Shown: positions 26,406 to 38,821 of the stretch, one piece after another
How positions within the stretch are numbered: the first letter of the stretch is position 1
How the letters are laid out: each line of letters opens with the position of its first letter
Assembly: GCA_010405405.1 (NCBI GenBank)
Contig: MU004237.1
Span: forward strand, 2,057,345-2,121,344
DNA from: Microthyrium microscopicum
Lineage: Eukaryota
Length of the DNA stretch: 64,000 bases
Direction of reading: 5' to 3'
Program-made: the position numbers and the translations under genes
Notes under the pieces: model-generated
What the model was told of the DNA's origin: nothing
Databases searched by the model: none
What the model saw: the letters and a program-made list of their open reading frames with translations, nothing else

Positions 26406-27267
26406 ATGTCGAAGTAAGTTCGTCCCAATCTGAACCAGACCAGTCGATGCTCATAAAAATTCGTACAGGTTCCAAGGTCCCATGGTCCAAATTATCGTAG
26501 GCCAAAACGAAGATGTAGCGATATTTAAAGGTTCATGCAGAATTTCTCACCACGGATTCCGAATATTGCCGCTCGATGCTGAAAAACGACTTTGATGAAA
26601 GCATAGAAGGCGCCATCGGTATTCCAAATCAACGACCGGCTACCTTTGATCTGTATTTGAACTATGTCTATCGTGGGACTAGAGACCTTTCCATCACAGA
26701 AAACACCAGTCAGCAGGGCGAAGTGCTCGACAAAGAAACAAAGAAGAGCAAAGCTGACGAACGGCACTCTCTACTCTTTGATGCCATTGGTAAGTTTTTT
26801 GAGATGCTATTGGGATGTACCATAGCATGCTATGGCTCTCATAATACTCTGTACATACAATTTATGCTTACACAAACCAATCTCAGGTCTTGCAGATTAT
26901 CTACAAAGCGACAACTTCCACAATGCCTCAATCAATGCTTTAATGGAAAGTGTTCTAGCATCTGGCTTTTACCCTGTTGGAACAACGGACGTTGTTCGCG
27001 CCGTCGAGCTTGGTGTGCCTGAGATTATCGAGTTGTTGCAAGACTTTATTGTCCACGATGGCCAGACATATTGGATACCTAAATCCAGAGGACAACGCGC
27101 CAGCGGTGACTTCAAATTTCTGGAAGAACACCCTTAGAGAGGTCCTCGGACTTCTGAGCAGCGGCGGGCGACCTATAGTAGGCCCACATATGGAAAGTCG
27201 ATACTACTCTATTACCATCGACATAGCGCGGAACAAAAGTGCGATGACAAAGGCTGGGGGACGATAA
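26406..27267 (+). pseudogene. BTB/POZ array copy 7, frameshifted pseudogene
   Basis: ATGTCGAA|GTAAGT, FQGPMVQIIVG; an extra A at 26527-26529 breaks FKVHAEFLTTDSEY. Further shifts near 27075 and ~27190-27210 scatter W...FWKNTL...GGRP...YHRH over different frames. Confidence 0.8.
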
Positions 27268-27749
27268 AATATAGCAGTGTACCATAGAGTGCGATGTCTG
27301 CCACCGCGACTGCTGAATTACTATCTATTTCCCATTGTACTCGATTCTCTACCAATTTTTCTCGGTGATCACTAAAAAGTCGTCGATAGATAGAACGTAG
27401 CTTCAGCGGATGTGGTGGCCAAAGGAGCTCCAGGGAGCGTTGTTTATTTCTAGCCCTATTGGGGATGGATGTTGGAAAAGGGGCTGAAAACACGCTAAGC
27501 CTATTTATGACGGCGCATTACCGCCAACTTCTTCCCGAATTCCGTCGCGTACCGTAACTCGCGTTCGTGAGAGCATTCGGTCCCTCGAGATGGAGTAATC
27601 GAATGTCAAAGTCTGCATGTTGACATTCAAGGTTCAATCCTGGCCAAATTGGCTCCTCCTCTTTGTATCCTCAGCTGTGACGCGTCTTCCTTCTCGCGCC
27701 ACCTTCGCTTCAAGGACCATCAACAGCTACGATACTTTTGCTGGCCATA

Positions 27750-29129
27750 ATGTCGCAGTAAGCTTGTTACCCTATCATGAATTGCTTTACAAAAAAGGCT
27801 GTGTTAGTAGTGACTCCTGCAATGGCAAAGCTGTCCGCTATCGATCTTCTAGATAGAGCTATGTTAGAAAGGCGTGAAGCACAGGTCAAGAGATCGCCGA
27901 GAAAGCCGGGGCCATTAGTTTTTCATTTGTACTCATGCGATATCTGCTGACGCGACCGTTTATACAGAAATTTACCAATCATGCCAAACCCCACAAAGCG
28001 TTCTGCTTCGGACGATGACGTTGAACAAAGCAGCAAACGACGGAAGGTGTGCACCAAAAGCTCGCAATGGGACACTCGACGCCCATCCGCTGGTGCCTTT
28101 TCGTACGTACTCATAGACAAACACCTACATGCTCTTATCTACTTAGCCTTACTTTGCTGGCTGCCATTACTCTGTGGAAAAAGAAGATATTTATTTTCCG
28201 TCCAGTTCATGCGAGAGCAAGCAGTCGCTACTTGTCAGAGGAACGAGTCCTTCTTTTCGTACAGGCAATGGCACCCATCATCTTAGGGGGCTTGTCCTTG
28301 ATATTTTGCAACGGTCTTTGTCATTGAATTGTCAAAGCTAACCTCTTCAAGATTTTCAGGACCCACCATTCAGGTCACCGTCGGTCAAGGTGATGAAAGT
28401 TGCACCTTTATTGTTCTGATCGAGCCTTTGATCTTGGATTCGGGGTTCTTCCGTAGCATGTTGCGAAGCAACAAATTCAAGGAGGGCGCAGATGGGGTTG
28501 TGAGTCTTCCTGACCACCAACCCGCTACATTCAACCTGTATCTCAACTACATATATCGTGGAAAACTTTTCGTCGCCGACGGGGTTCCAAAAGAAGGCAT
28601 TGAAGATGAAGAAGACACTTCCCTCGAAGAGCCCGAGAAGCCTGATGAATTGGTACCTTTAGTCAATATGAGTCAAGCAGACCGATAAAAGCTTGAAAAC
28701 AAGATAGCATACGCGGAAGAAAGGATGGAGGAACTTTGCGAGGCAACCTACAACAAGGAGGTATCCAAACTGATTCCTGCCATCTCTCTCGCGGACTACC
28801 TTCAAAGCGATGGCTTTCACAATGCTTCAATGGATGCTTTGATTGAATCTGGCAAGGAGTTCGAACATCTCTACGCTGGTCCAAAAGAGATCATCCAAGT
28901 CATGAATACTGGGGTTCCTTCGCTCATCAAGCCTACTGAAGACTTCTACGTCTATAGCGCCTACCTAGATTCGGAATGGTTCGGCGCAGAACAAGATGCA
29001 CCAGCAGAAACCTCTACTTTTTGGAGGGATGTCATGAAAGAGTATCTAACACGTGTGAAATTCCATCCAGATGACTTTCCTGACAAATGTCCCTGGGAAG
29101 TCGACAGATGCCAATATCATCGCCATTGA
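27750..29129 (+). pseudogene. BTB/POZ array copy 8 with one in-frame premature TAA (28686-28688)
   Basis: ATGTCGCA micro-exon, NLS-like exon (TKRS...SKRRK), RFSGPTIQVTVG BTB. ORFs 28329-28688 and 28725-29129 are in the same frame, separated only by the TAA; ends PWEVDRCQYHRH. Confidence 0.75.
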
Positions 29130-30150
29130 GTAGATGGATATGTGATTGCTCTGCGAAGGCAACAAAGGACGACGAACCAAAACGACATTCTCTCTCATGA
29201 CAAAGGCATTACCGTTCTTTGCTGATGGATAACGGCAAACTCACCATTGCGGGCGATTGTTCTTTGATTGTCAGAAACTAGTTGAGGGGACCAGCATTTG
29301 AAAAACACGTCGTAATACGCAGCAGATATGGGTTTTGATGAGAGATTGCCAGACATCATGTTCTTTGTTGGCTTGATGATGCAAAGAATCTAAAAGCTTA
29401 TCGAAGAAAAGAATCATGGAAGACATCGACGCTTCTTTGAAGATCCCAGGCAGCGCCATTCAAAGACAATAACAGAGCAATTCTCAGCCCGAGCAGTGGT
29501 TCTACATACCTTTCTAGGCTTTAGACCGAATTTACCATCACATCTGGTGAAGTGGTGATTATGATATATATCAACTGCTCTCGTGGGACATAAAGCACTA
29601 AACATCAACGCTGAGTTTGGGATTTGTTTTAGGACACTAGTGAATACTCAAAGTGACGAGGTTTAGTGCGATTATGGACAGGCTGGACTTCGGGCAGCAA
29701 GTTTAGGCGGCTACCTGAACGGTTAGAATGGATGAAATAGCTGTCACTCTGGAGAAGCCTAGATCTGTCACATCGTCAATCTCTACCTTGAGTTAAGATT
29801 TTGAGGTTGCGTGCTTGCTCAACTGACGCCCGTACCTTACCTGGAGGTGACGGCCACCTGTGAGTTGCCTTTGGAAGAATCTAGCTCGTAATCTCACTGT
29901 CACTAAACGCTTAGGTTGGCGCTTCCAAGTCAAAGTTGCTGTTCCTCATTGTTATTATATAAGCTCTCCGCTCAATCTACTTCTTCCCTTCAATCTACTT
30001 CCTCCACAGCACAACTCCGCTGCCAACCTCCAAACACAACTTCGTTACACAGAATCAGACGTGAAATTCTTCATTTGACTTCCTCTGCTCATCAAGTCCT
30101 ATCAAAACATAACCTCAAGTTCCTCAACATCAAGACTAGCCCAAGCTCTA

Positions 30151-31231
30151 ATGGACCCGTAAGTTAGGAAAGAAACGACAGTCAATTATGTACTAACCAA
30201 GTCTCTAAGCATGGCACAACTCCAGGATTCGCCAAAGCGACGATTGTCTGTCGAACCTTCTGAGGAGCCCTCGAAACGACGAAAATTATGCGCCATTGGC
30301 CTGGAGAATACAGTTCGACACGATGCGGCCTCAGAATCACTTTCGTAAGTCAACTCCACATTGTTGGTAAAACGCATGGTCTGCGCCAATCGGCTGCAAT
30401 TACTACCACGTAAGACCTTTCGCCTAGGAAGGTGTTGGGCTTCATCGTCGTTGATCGCTTCGAACTGTTCATTTTGCGCAACTGCCGACTGCTAATACAT
30501 AATTGAAAGATTGAGAGCTAACTTTCTTTGATAGACTGCGTGGCCCAATGATCCAGGTCACTATAGGACAAGAGGGAGATACCTCCTGCCATACTTTCAC
30601 AGTGCCGAAGGACCTTCTAGCCTCTGACTCGGAGTATTTCCGCGGCATGTTTCGACACAACTTCAAGGAAGTGAATAAGGGTGTCGTCAACATGCCCGAC
30701 GTTCATCCAGCTACCTTTCAGATGTACTTGGAATATCTCTATTCCGGTAAAATCTTCAGCAAAGACATCCAAGGAGAAATCGAAGGCGAGCTTGAGGCAA
30801 AAGAATATACGGACAAAGCCCGCAAGGGCCAGGATATAGACCCAGAGTTTGAGGCTCACTGCAAGGAGAAGCTGGCGCTCATCAACGCTATCTGCCTAGC
30901 GGATTACCTCCAGAGTGATGGTTTCCACAACGCCTCCATTGATATATTGATCGAGATTTGTGAGGAAAAGGACGACTATTTTCCTGACTGGGCTGTGGTG
31001 ATGATCGTGGATTCTTGCGTTCCCTTGCTTGTTCGGCTTGCTCAAGACTTTATAATCCATGCTGGCTGGGGAGAGTGGTTTACGGATAGAGAAAGCCTGC
31101 CGGACCGATGTCTACAGTTCTTCTTACAGGTCGTCGGTGAGACTACGGAGCTACTATCTTTGACGGGACGACCATTTCAGCCTCCTTGGGAGACAGATAG
31201 ATGTCGCTATCATCGACACGGTATGGATTAG
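30151..31231 (+). CDS. BTB/POZ-domain protein, array copy 9 (3 exons)
   Basis: ATGGACCC|GTAAGT, SPKRR...PSKRRK exon, GPMIQVTIG...SEYFRGMF, LADYLQSDGFHN, PWETDRCRYHRH. Confidence 0.88.
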
Positions 31232-32057
31232 GCCGATTTGAATGGTGGTGGCACTGAGGGTTATAATGGAACAGATTCATAGATACATGATGCAATGGAA
31301 TGTTGTATGTCAGACCTGATACGGGATGCGCCCAAGATGTAGACAGTCTGAAAGAATGCGGGATCAACAGAGCGGTGTTTGATTTTGTAAAGCTGAGGAC
31401 TCGTTGTATAACGATGTGAAACGTTATATATACCATAAGTCAGGTACCTACTTCAAGTGATTCTCGCTGAGTTCAACCTTTTGTCTGGCTGGCTATTGCT
31501 TCCCCTTGTAACTAAGGTACTTGTAGTTCAGATCCTACAGTTGAGCTTGAGACATGGTAATAGATCTAGGGCTACGGTTTTTGTTCGCTGGTACACTTGA
31601 ACGCAAAATGCTCTAGCCCCACCGGACACTTGAAGTTGCGAAGACTGGATCAAACACAACCGCACGTCCAAGCATTTCTTAAACATTTTTCCATCACATA
31701 TATGGAGCCGCGTAAAAGGAGTCGTAGTCGATGAGAGTGTGCCGGTCATCCTGATTGAAGGTAAGTCTGGTGTTTCGAATTTCGAATCGCGGCTTTCCAA
31801 TGTGTTATTATTTGATCGTCGATTAAATCGGCAATTGGGACTGACCAACAGCAGTCAAGCTTGCCTGAGCATCATCTGTACGTCTCCAAAATAGCTGTAA
31901 CGATCACCAGTTGATCTTTACTGCTCTAAACTCTATCAAGTGCCTAGAGTGCTTGATTCTGCCGTACTATACATTCTGATATACCATACGTAAGTTCAGA
32001 ATATTGTCAGACACCTGCCGGTCAGCGCTGAAATCGTAGCTCTATAGTACGTCCTCC

Positions 32058-32960
32058 ATGGATCTACGCTCGAAACGCAAAGCCTCTGTCGGCACCACTT
32101 CTTTGTCCTCAAAACGCCGAACGATAAGTGCCGTGACTGAGCAGACTATGGCTCATAAGACGATTTCGTGCGACACATCGTCCAAATATTGATTACACTA
32201 TAACAAACTAATCTTGTCTAGATTTAGAGGTCCAACTATTCAAGTGACGGTTGGCAAAGGCAATGAGAATCCAGCACACACCTACACGGTTCTCAGAGAG
32301 CTTCTAACCACGGATTCCGAGCTTTTCCGCCGTATGTTACAAACCGAGTTCAAAGAGGGTAAGGAAGGGGCTATTTCACTTCCCGATCACCATCCCGACA
32401 CCTTCGATCTCTATTTACAGTACCTTTATCTCAGAAAACTCTTCACTGCGGAGAGATTCGTCAACCACGACACATTTGACTCGGAAGGGCTTGAAGGTAT
32501 AGAGCTTGAAAAGCACATCAACCAGAGGATCTACAACCAGAAAGCTATGGCACTTGTGGATGCTATTTGTCTCGCGGACTATCTACAGAGCGATGACTTT
32601 CATAATGTCGCAATAGACGCCTTGATTGAAAGTTCTGAATATTATGGCTACTGGCTCGTGGACCCAGCAGACGTCTCGCGGGTTCTAGAAAGCGGCGTAT
32701 CTAAGCTTATTCAGCTTGTTCGGGACTTTCTTGTGTACCAAAACTCGCCATATAAGTTAGAAAAGGGGGATATTGAATCGGAAATGGCCTCTACGTTCTA
32801 CAAAAGTGCCGTCCCAGAGGCGAACAAATTGCTGAACGGTACGGGAAGACCTGATGGTCGTCCTTGGGAAACCAATCGCTGTCAATATCATCGTCACCCA
32901 GTAGAAGGAAGTGGTCTGGCAGACGACGTCAGGAAGGACTTTCATGTGGTCATGCGGTGA
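32058..32960 (+). CDS. BTB/POZ-domain protein, array copy 10
   Basis: MDLRSKRK...SKRR exon, FRGPTIQVTVG...SELFRRML...LPDHHPDTFDLYLQYLY, LADYLQSDDFHN, PWETNRCQYHRH. Confidence 0.88.
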
Positions 32961-33832
32961 GTATCGTAGGGAAGGAGACGATTCCGAGATATACCGGAAG
33001 CAAAAAGAACATGTGTACAAAAAGTTTACTGGGCAGATCGTGCCAGGTGTCTGAACGAAACTAAGACCTTCAAGTGCGATACCTTGAAATAATTATAAGC
33101 TGCAGCTTTATCATTTCCCCTGATCGATGCGACTATCTAACTACCTAGTATGTGTGAACTATAACACACATGGAGTACCGAAGTACCTACCTACAGGTAC
33201 CTAGTTACTTACTGAGCGAAGTAGAGGGAACCGCTGAGGTCGATAAGTCACAAGACCACGCTACTCATTCTGCCTATTTCTTGAGTGTCTTCAAGAATGC
33301 CTAGCTGTCTGAAGAGAGTTTGCGCAAAGAAAAGGACTTTTGAGAAAATCACCACCAACATGAATTGCAATTTGATCTTTGAGCATCATTGAAATGGAAA
33401 AGGTTCTCAGTCACTCGAAGATTCTCGTAATATACCCACGATACAATGGCTGTGCCATTATTAAAAAGAAGCCTAAAAGATTTGGCTCTTGTTGAAGGAC
33501 AGGTTGTCCGATATGCATTCATTGTTGTATCGTGAAGCCGAAGTCACGATGTCTGAGGTTTTTGCTTGCCAACACTAACACGGGTGTACCTGCCTTCCAA
33601 TAAGCCAAAACGCTATTGCGACTTCCCGAAAGACCGCAGTGTCAGTCGGTCTTGCCTTCTCCACTGACGACAAATGTTGGTCGCTCCTTCCTCAAGTGAG
33701 GAAGTCCTAACACTCTCTGGTTGACTCACTCGCACCTCGAGGGCAAAATACACCACTTCTTCTTGTTAACTTTCTTCCACCTTCTCTCCTCCCACTCTCC
33801 AGGCCAGCGAACTCAAGGGTGCTTCCTCTACA

Positions 33833-34890
33833 ATGGACGCGTGAGTTGAATAGTACACTGATATCAAGACCTATTAATAACACAGCCTTTTAGTAGCACC
33901 TCTACAGCCGAGCCTTCAACAAAGAGAAAACTCTCTACCGACGCGATCACCTTGCCCTCGAAACGACAGAAATGTGCTCAACCCAGCGGAACGAAACTTC
34001 AAAATCGGACTCCCAAGTCATTCTCGTGCGCTTTTCTCCTAGCCATAGAGTTGCTAATCAGTGGCTAACGGAAGTTTGTTTTCTATAGATTTCGAGGTCC
34101 AACCATTCAAGTCACTGTCGGGAATGCTGAATCGTCCTCCATGCATACTTTCACCGTCTTAAAGGACTTGCTAGTATCAGATTCAGAGTTCTTCAAGCGT
34201 CTGCTCCGGAACGATTTCAAAGAAGGCCACGATGGCATCGTGAAACTACCCGATCAACATCCTGCAACTTTTGAGCTTTACTTGAAATATCTCTATCAAG
34301 GCAGCATTATCACCCGTGGCACTGAAGGTGAAGTGGGTTTCGAAGGTGAAGTGGAAGGGTTTGAGGACTTTGACAAGGACTTGGACGAGGATGGCGATGA
34401 TGATGAGGAGGATGATGACGACGACGAGGCCGAAAACAACGAAGATGACAATGACAGATTTACGGAAGATCAATGGACAGCCATACGAAAGGAACAACTT
34501 TCGCATGTGAATGCTATTCGCCTTGCAGATTACCTTCAGAGCGAGGACTATCACAACGCTTCAGTCGACGCGTTAATTGATTGTTGTGAGGAATACAAGG
34601 CCTATTGGGGCACAAAAGTCGCCATTCAGAAGTCAGTAGACTATGACGTGCCCTCGCTTCTTAGACTGACCAGAGATTTCATTCTTTATGAAGGATGGTC
34701 ATACTGGTACAAGGGTAATACTCCACCATCAGACCCTCGATGCTTGGCATTCTATAGCGAGACAATGATTGAAGCCGTGAAGCTTTTGAACGAGGGTGGC
34801 AGACCTGAAAAACGTCCTTGGAGGGAGAACCGATGCCAGTATCATCGACATCAAGAAGGAAATGATGATCTGAATGTTGTCACCGGGTAG
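33833..34890 (+). CDS. BTB/POZ-domain protein, array copy 11 (acidic insert)
   Basis: ATGGACGC|GTGAGT, TKRK...SKRQK exon, BTB, D/E-rich insert, LADYLQSEDYHN, PWRENRCQYHRH. Confidence 0.88.
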
Positions 34891-35465
34891 GTAGAGTCAG
34901 ATGGTAGTTCCACCGGGGAAGGCAAGGAATGAAAAGCTTCATAGAGGAAAAGTAATCAAATAAGACATGACCAATGGATGGCATGTCTTCATCGACAGTG
35001 ATGGCTGCCACCGCCTCGTTTAAATACAGGATGTGATTTTGCCCATCGTATTCGATGAACTAACTAACTCGGAACGCCTTTTATGGCAAATAAAGCACCC
35101 GATGCCAGACTGTAGTCGTTGGGGGGCATCGCATTCCATTGGAGCTATCTTTTTATCTTGTCATCCTGTATACTGTATTTGCATTTGATATCAGAACCAG
35201 CTTAGCGGTCGAGAGGTGCACTGTGATTGTGCTAACACCGACGTCGACGTCTCATAGGCCAAGAGTCTGTTGCAACTTCCTAGTTGCCCAAATTAACACT
35301 CACTCCTGCCTCGTTGATCTAAATGGTAGTCGCACCTTCCTCTAGATTCAACAAGGCCACAGCGCGGTTTTAGCTCGCTTCCCGTCAAAACCACCTCTTC
35401 CTCTTCCTTAAACTCTTCTCCTACCGCTATTCGGATTGGAAAACTGGAAGCTCTAAACCGCTACA

Positions 35466-36452
35466 ATGAACGCGTAAGCTAGGAAGTACTGATACTATGT
35501 TACTTAGTACTGACACTTTCTTACAGTACGGCGGCTGCGGCCTCCTCTGAGCGCCCCTCGAAGCGGAAAACCTCCGCCAACGTCGATGGCCTATCCTCCA
35601 AACGGCAGAAGGGGCGCGATGGCAAATGCCCTGACATCTCGATTGTTAAACTTCGAAGCAATTCTTTCACAACCCCTTCGTATGTTGTAGCTGATGAGGC
35701 GGTATTTCATGACTAACTAGCCTCGTAGATTTCGAGGACCAACAGTCCAAGTCACGGTCGGCAAAGACGCAAAATCGATGCACACCTTTACCGTTCTCAA
35801 AGAACTCTTGACAACGGATTCGCCGTTCTTTCGCAATGTGTTCCGACACGAGTTCAAGGAGGGCCGAGCTGGTACTGTAACCCTTCCTGACCATCATCCC
35901 GCGAATTTCGATATATATCTGAGATTCATCCACTATGGACAAATCGTTATGGCGGACAAGACACAAGGTCGAGAGAATCAAGCAGAAAGCGACTTTGAAA
36001 TCAGGAGGAAGAGATTCAACGAGGAGTATAGCGCATACGGTGATGCTCTCAGTCTGGCAGATTATCTTCAGAGCGATGCTTTCCACAACGCTGTGACTAG
36101 TGCTTTCATTGATGAGTGTGTATATGTCAACAAGTGTCTCGGTAAACCAGCGGAGATCCTTCACGTTATGAAGACTGGTGTACCCGAGTTCATCAAGCTT
36201 GCTCGCGACTTTGTCGTTTACTGGGGTGGAGCACACTGGCGTGATTTGCCAGAACTTGAGGATGTTGAGCCAGAAATCACCTCAAAGTTCTATAAAAATG
36301 CCCTAGTGGATACATTCATACTTCTCAGTGGCGAAGGACGAGGAAAATCTGAAGATTATCCATGGGTGGCAGACCCATGCCAATATCATCGACACCGCGA
36401 TACTAAGAAGGTTGGTACAGATGGTGTTACAGCAGAGAAAATCGATCATTGA
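35466..36452 (+). CDS. BTB/POZ-domain protein, array copy 12
   Basis: ATGAACGC|GTAAGC, SKRK...SKRQK exon, FRGPTVQVTVG BTB, LADYLQSDAFHN, PWVADPCQYHRH. Confidence 0.88.
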
Positions 36453-37362
36453 TAATGCCAAAAAAACATGGAACAGGCAAAAAATATGTACAAGGTCAGA
36501 CTGCAGCCAGTTCTCTACAATGAAATTTGTTTGACACTAGCCGCCAACGAAATTGTAAAATATGCAGCATACGCTTTGGACAACGATGGCTACCACCAGT
36601 TCACATGGCACTGGATAAGGTATAAAGTCTGAACCCCCTCTATGGCAAGGTAAGCGCTCGAATTGAGATCCTGGCCGTTGGGGACTTCTTATCATGTGGC
36701 AGTGACCGTTCACATTGCCATTCCGTTGATCGAAAATCTAGACGAAAAGAATGAGTACTAAACTACTAGTCGTACGTTATATACTAAGTTGTTGCCAAGT
36801 CTCAAGTGAACATGTTGACAGAGTCATAAGCTCCATCTTTTTTTGCCCTCGAAACTTACCTGGTCTTTTGTATTCTATGGGACTAGAGCAATCGACTGTT
36901 AAGCATAGCGGCTTAGATTAATGATTAGCGAAGTTAACATATCCACGGTGGTCACCTTGCCTGCGCCTTAAGTGTCAGTTTAGAGATTGTTCACATGATA
37001 ATGACTTGCAGTAAAGCAAATGAACGAATGTGTAGCATGATAAAGACAGTTCCTTTAATGGTAATTACATCGAGTGTTGTGGAAGGACTGCAGAGAATAA
37101 TGAAATTTGATCTCGGACTGGTCCTCTGATCGCCGTTCTTGCCGGGAGGTGTGGCTGCCATGCGAAGCTGAAGTCATATGCTACTTCCTATCGTGTCATC
37201 ACCACCTAAAGCAGCTGAGTCCAGCTTTCACATTTTGTTCTCAGAGGTTGCCCGCTATGACTGTCTTTAAGCAATGAAGCGCACATCAATATACACCTCT
37301 TCAATATCTGGCTACAACGAATAACTTCCACTTTGCGATTTAGAACCACTAAAAGAACGGGG

Positions 37363-38330
37363 ATGGCGCGAAATTTTCGGTAGGTCCACATGAAAGGGCT
37401 CGTGTATATTCAAAACTAATGATATGGCATGTAGAAATCAACCAAAAAAGCGCTATCACCCCTGTAATGACACTGAACAATCCGCCGATCCGCAGAAGAA
37501 CTCTGGCAAACAGAAGTCTATTCAGCGCGTGCAGCACCGGAGCCGAAACTCAACTGAAAATGCGCCTTCGTATGCTATATCCTTCCCTTCGTACAGCAAT
37601 TTTGACGAACCTTTCTCTTAGACTTCCCGGGTCAGATACCAAAGTCCTTGTCGGCCGACCAGGATTTGACTACATTCCGACAGTCTATATAGTCTCTCGG
37701 GACCTCTTGATTGCAGACTCGGTGATGTTTCAGCGTGAACTCCTAAATGAATCCCCATTTCTTCTCTCATTGGCACGGTGTTATCCGGCTACATTCGACT
37801 TATATCTTCAATATCTCGAAACCAACGAGATCTCCAGCGACGACGTCTGGGATGAAAAGAATGAGAAACAAGAATTAGATCATTACAAAGTCCAGGAGGC
37901 ACTTTTTCACGCCATGCAGTTTGCAAATGAAATACTCAGCGATGGTTTCCACAATATGGCGATAGATGCCTTCATTGATCATTGCGAAGCGCAACGTCGT
38001 TTCTGGGGCGGCGACCCGGAAGAAGTAGTTCTGACAGTTGATGCTGAGGTACCTACACTGACTCTCCTCGTCCGTGATTTCCTCGTGCATGAGGGCATGC
38101 CGTTCTGGTTCGACCTAGGTCGTGATGTGCCGCCAAGATGCGCGAAGTTTTACGGGGAGGTTGCGGCCGAGGCTGTGAAATTACTTGCTGAGGGTGGACG
38201 GCCTGATAGAAATGAGGAGACGCGATGGGAAAAAGTACGTCCTTGGCAGACCAACAAGTGTCGATATCATCGGCATCAGGAGGGGGAGGGTTGTTTGAAT
38301 AGTAATACACCAAAGGACGGCGAGGCTTGA
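37363..38330 (+). CDS. Divergent BTB/POZ-domain protein, array copy 13
   Basis: ATGGCGCGAAATTTTCG|GTAGGT, QPKKRY exon, TKVLVG...PATFDLYLQYL, FANEILSDGFHN, PWQTNKCRYHRHQEGEGC. Confidence 0.82.
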
Positions 38331-38821
38331 TATACTCGGAAAGCAGTGGAGTGGGAAAGAAAATGTGTACTAGATTAGAATATAAACTCCTGTCACAAAA
38401 CACTGCGTCCCGATTTTGCGAGCGATGGTTGTGTTACTCAGCTCTATGAGAATATAGAACTGCATTGGCGGACCTTTGGGATGAAGTTGAGAGGGACATG
38501 AGACTTGCTAAACCCGACTGTTTTGGTTGGTACATTGTGATGTAGAGTCGAACGAACCAGCTAAAGTAAACTAGCATCTTTCGCTTCTGCAGGTCGCAGC
38601 ACGTGGATTGGTTGCGTTGCATTAGTACATGATAGCTGAAAACGTGCATTTCAGCCTCTGACAATATTGACGAGGCTATAAATCTTAGAGGGCTCCACCA
38701 TTGCAGATTAATTGAAAGCTGTTGCTTATCTTAGTCTTTACTTACCGTGGTTCATTATCTGCACCGAACTCCGACATCACTGCAACTTCACTTAGCCGCA
38801 AAACCGATAACTACCAGCAAA

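Noticed and set aside
33140..33215. TACCTA/GGTACC low-complexity palindromic patch (also ~63945)
   Set aside because: Short and common in fungal intergenic DNA; no element boundaries.
20755..37160. Shared GAGGTG/CACCT promoter motif upstream of several BTB copies (~20760-20890, ~29840, ~37145)
   Set aside because: Too short and irregularly placed to separate from chance without a motif-enrichment test.
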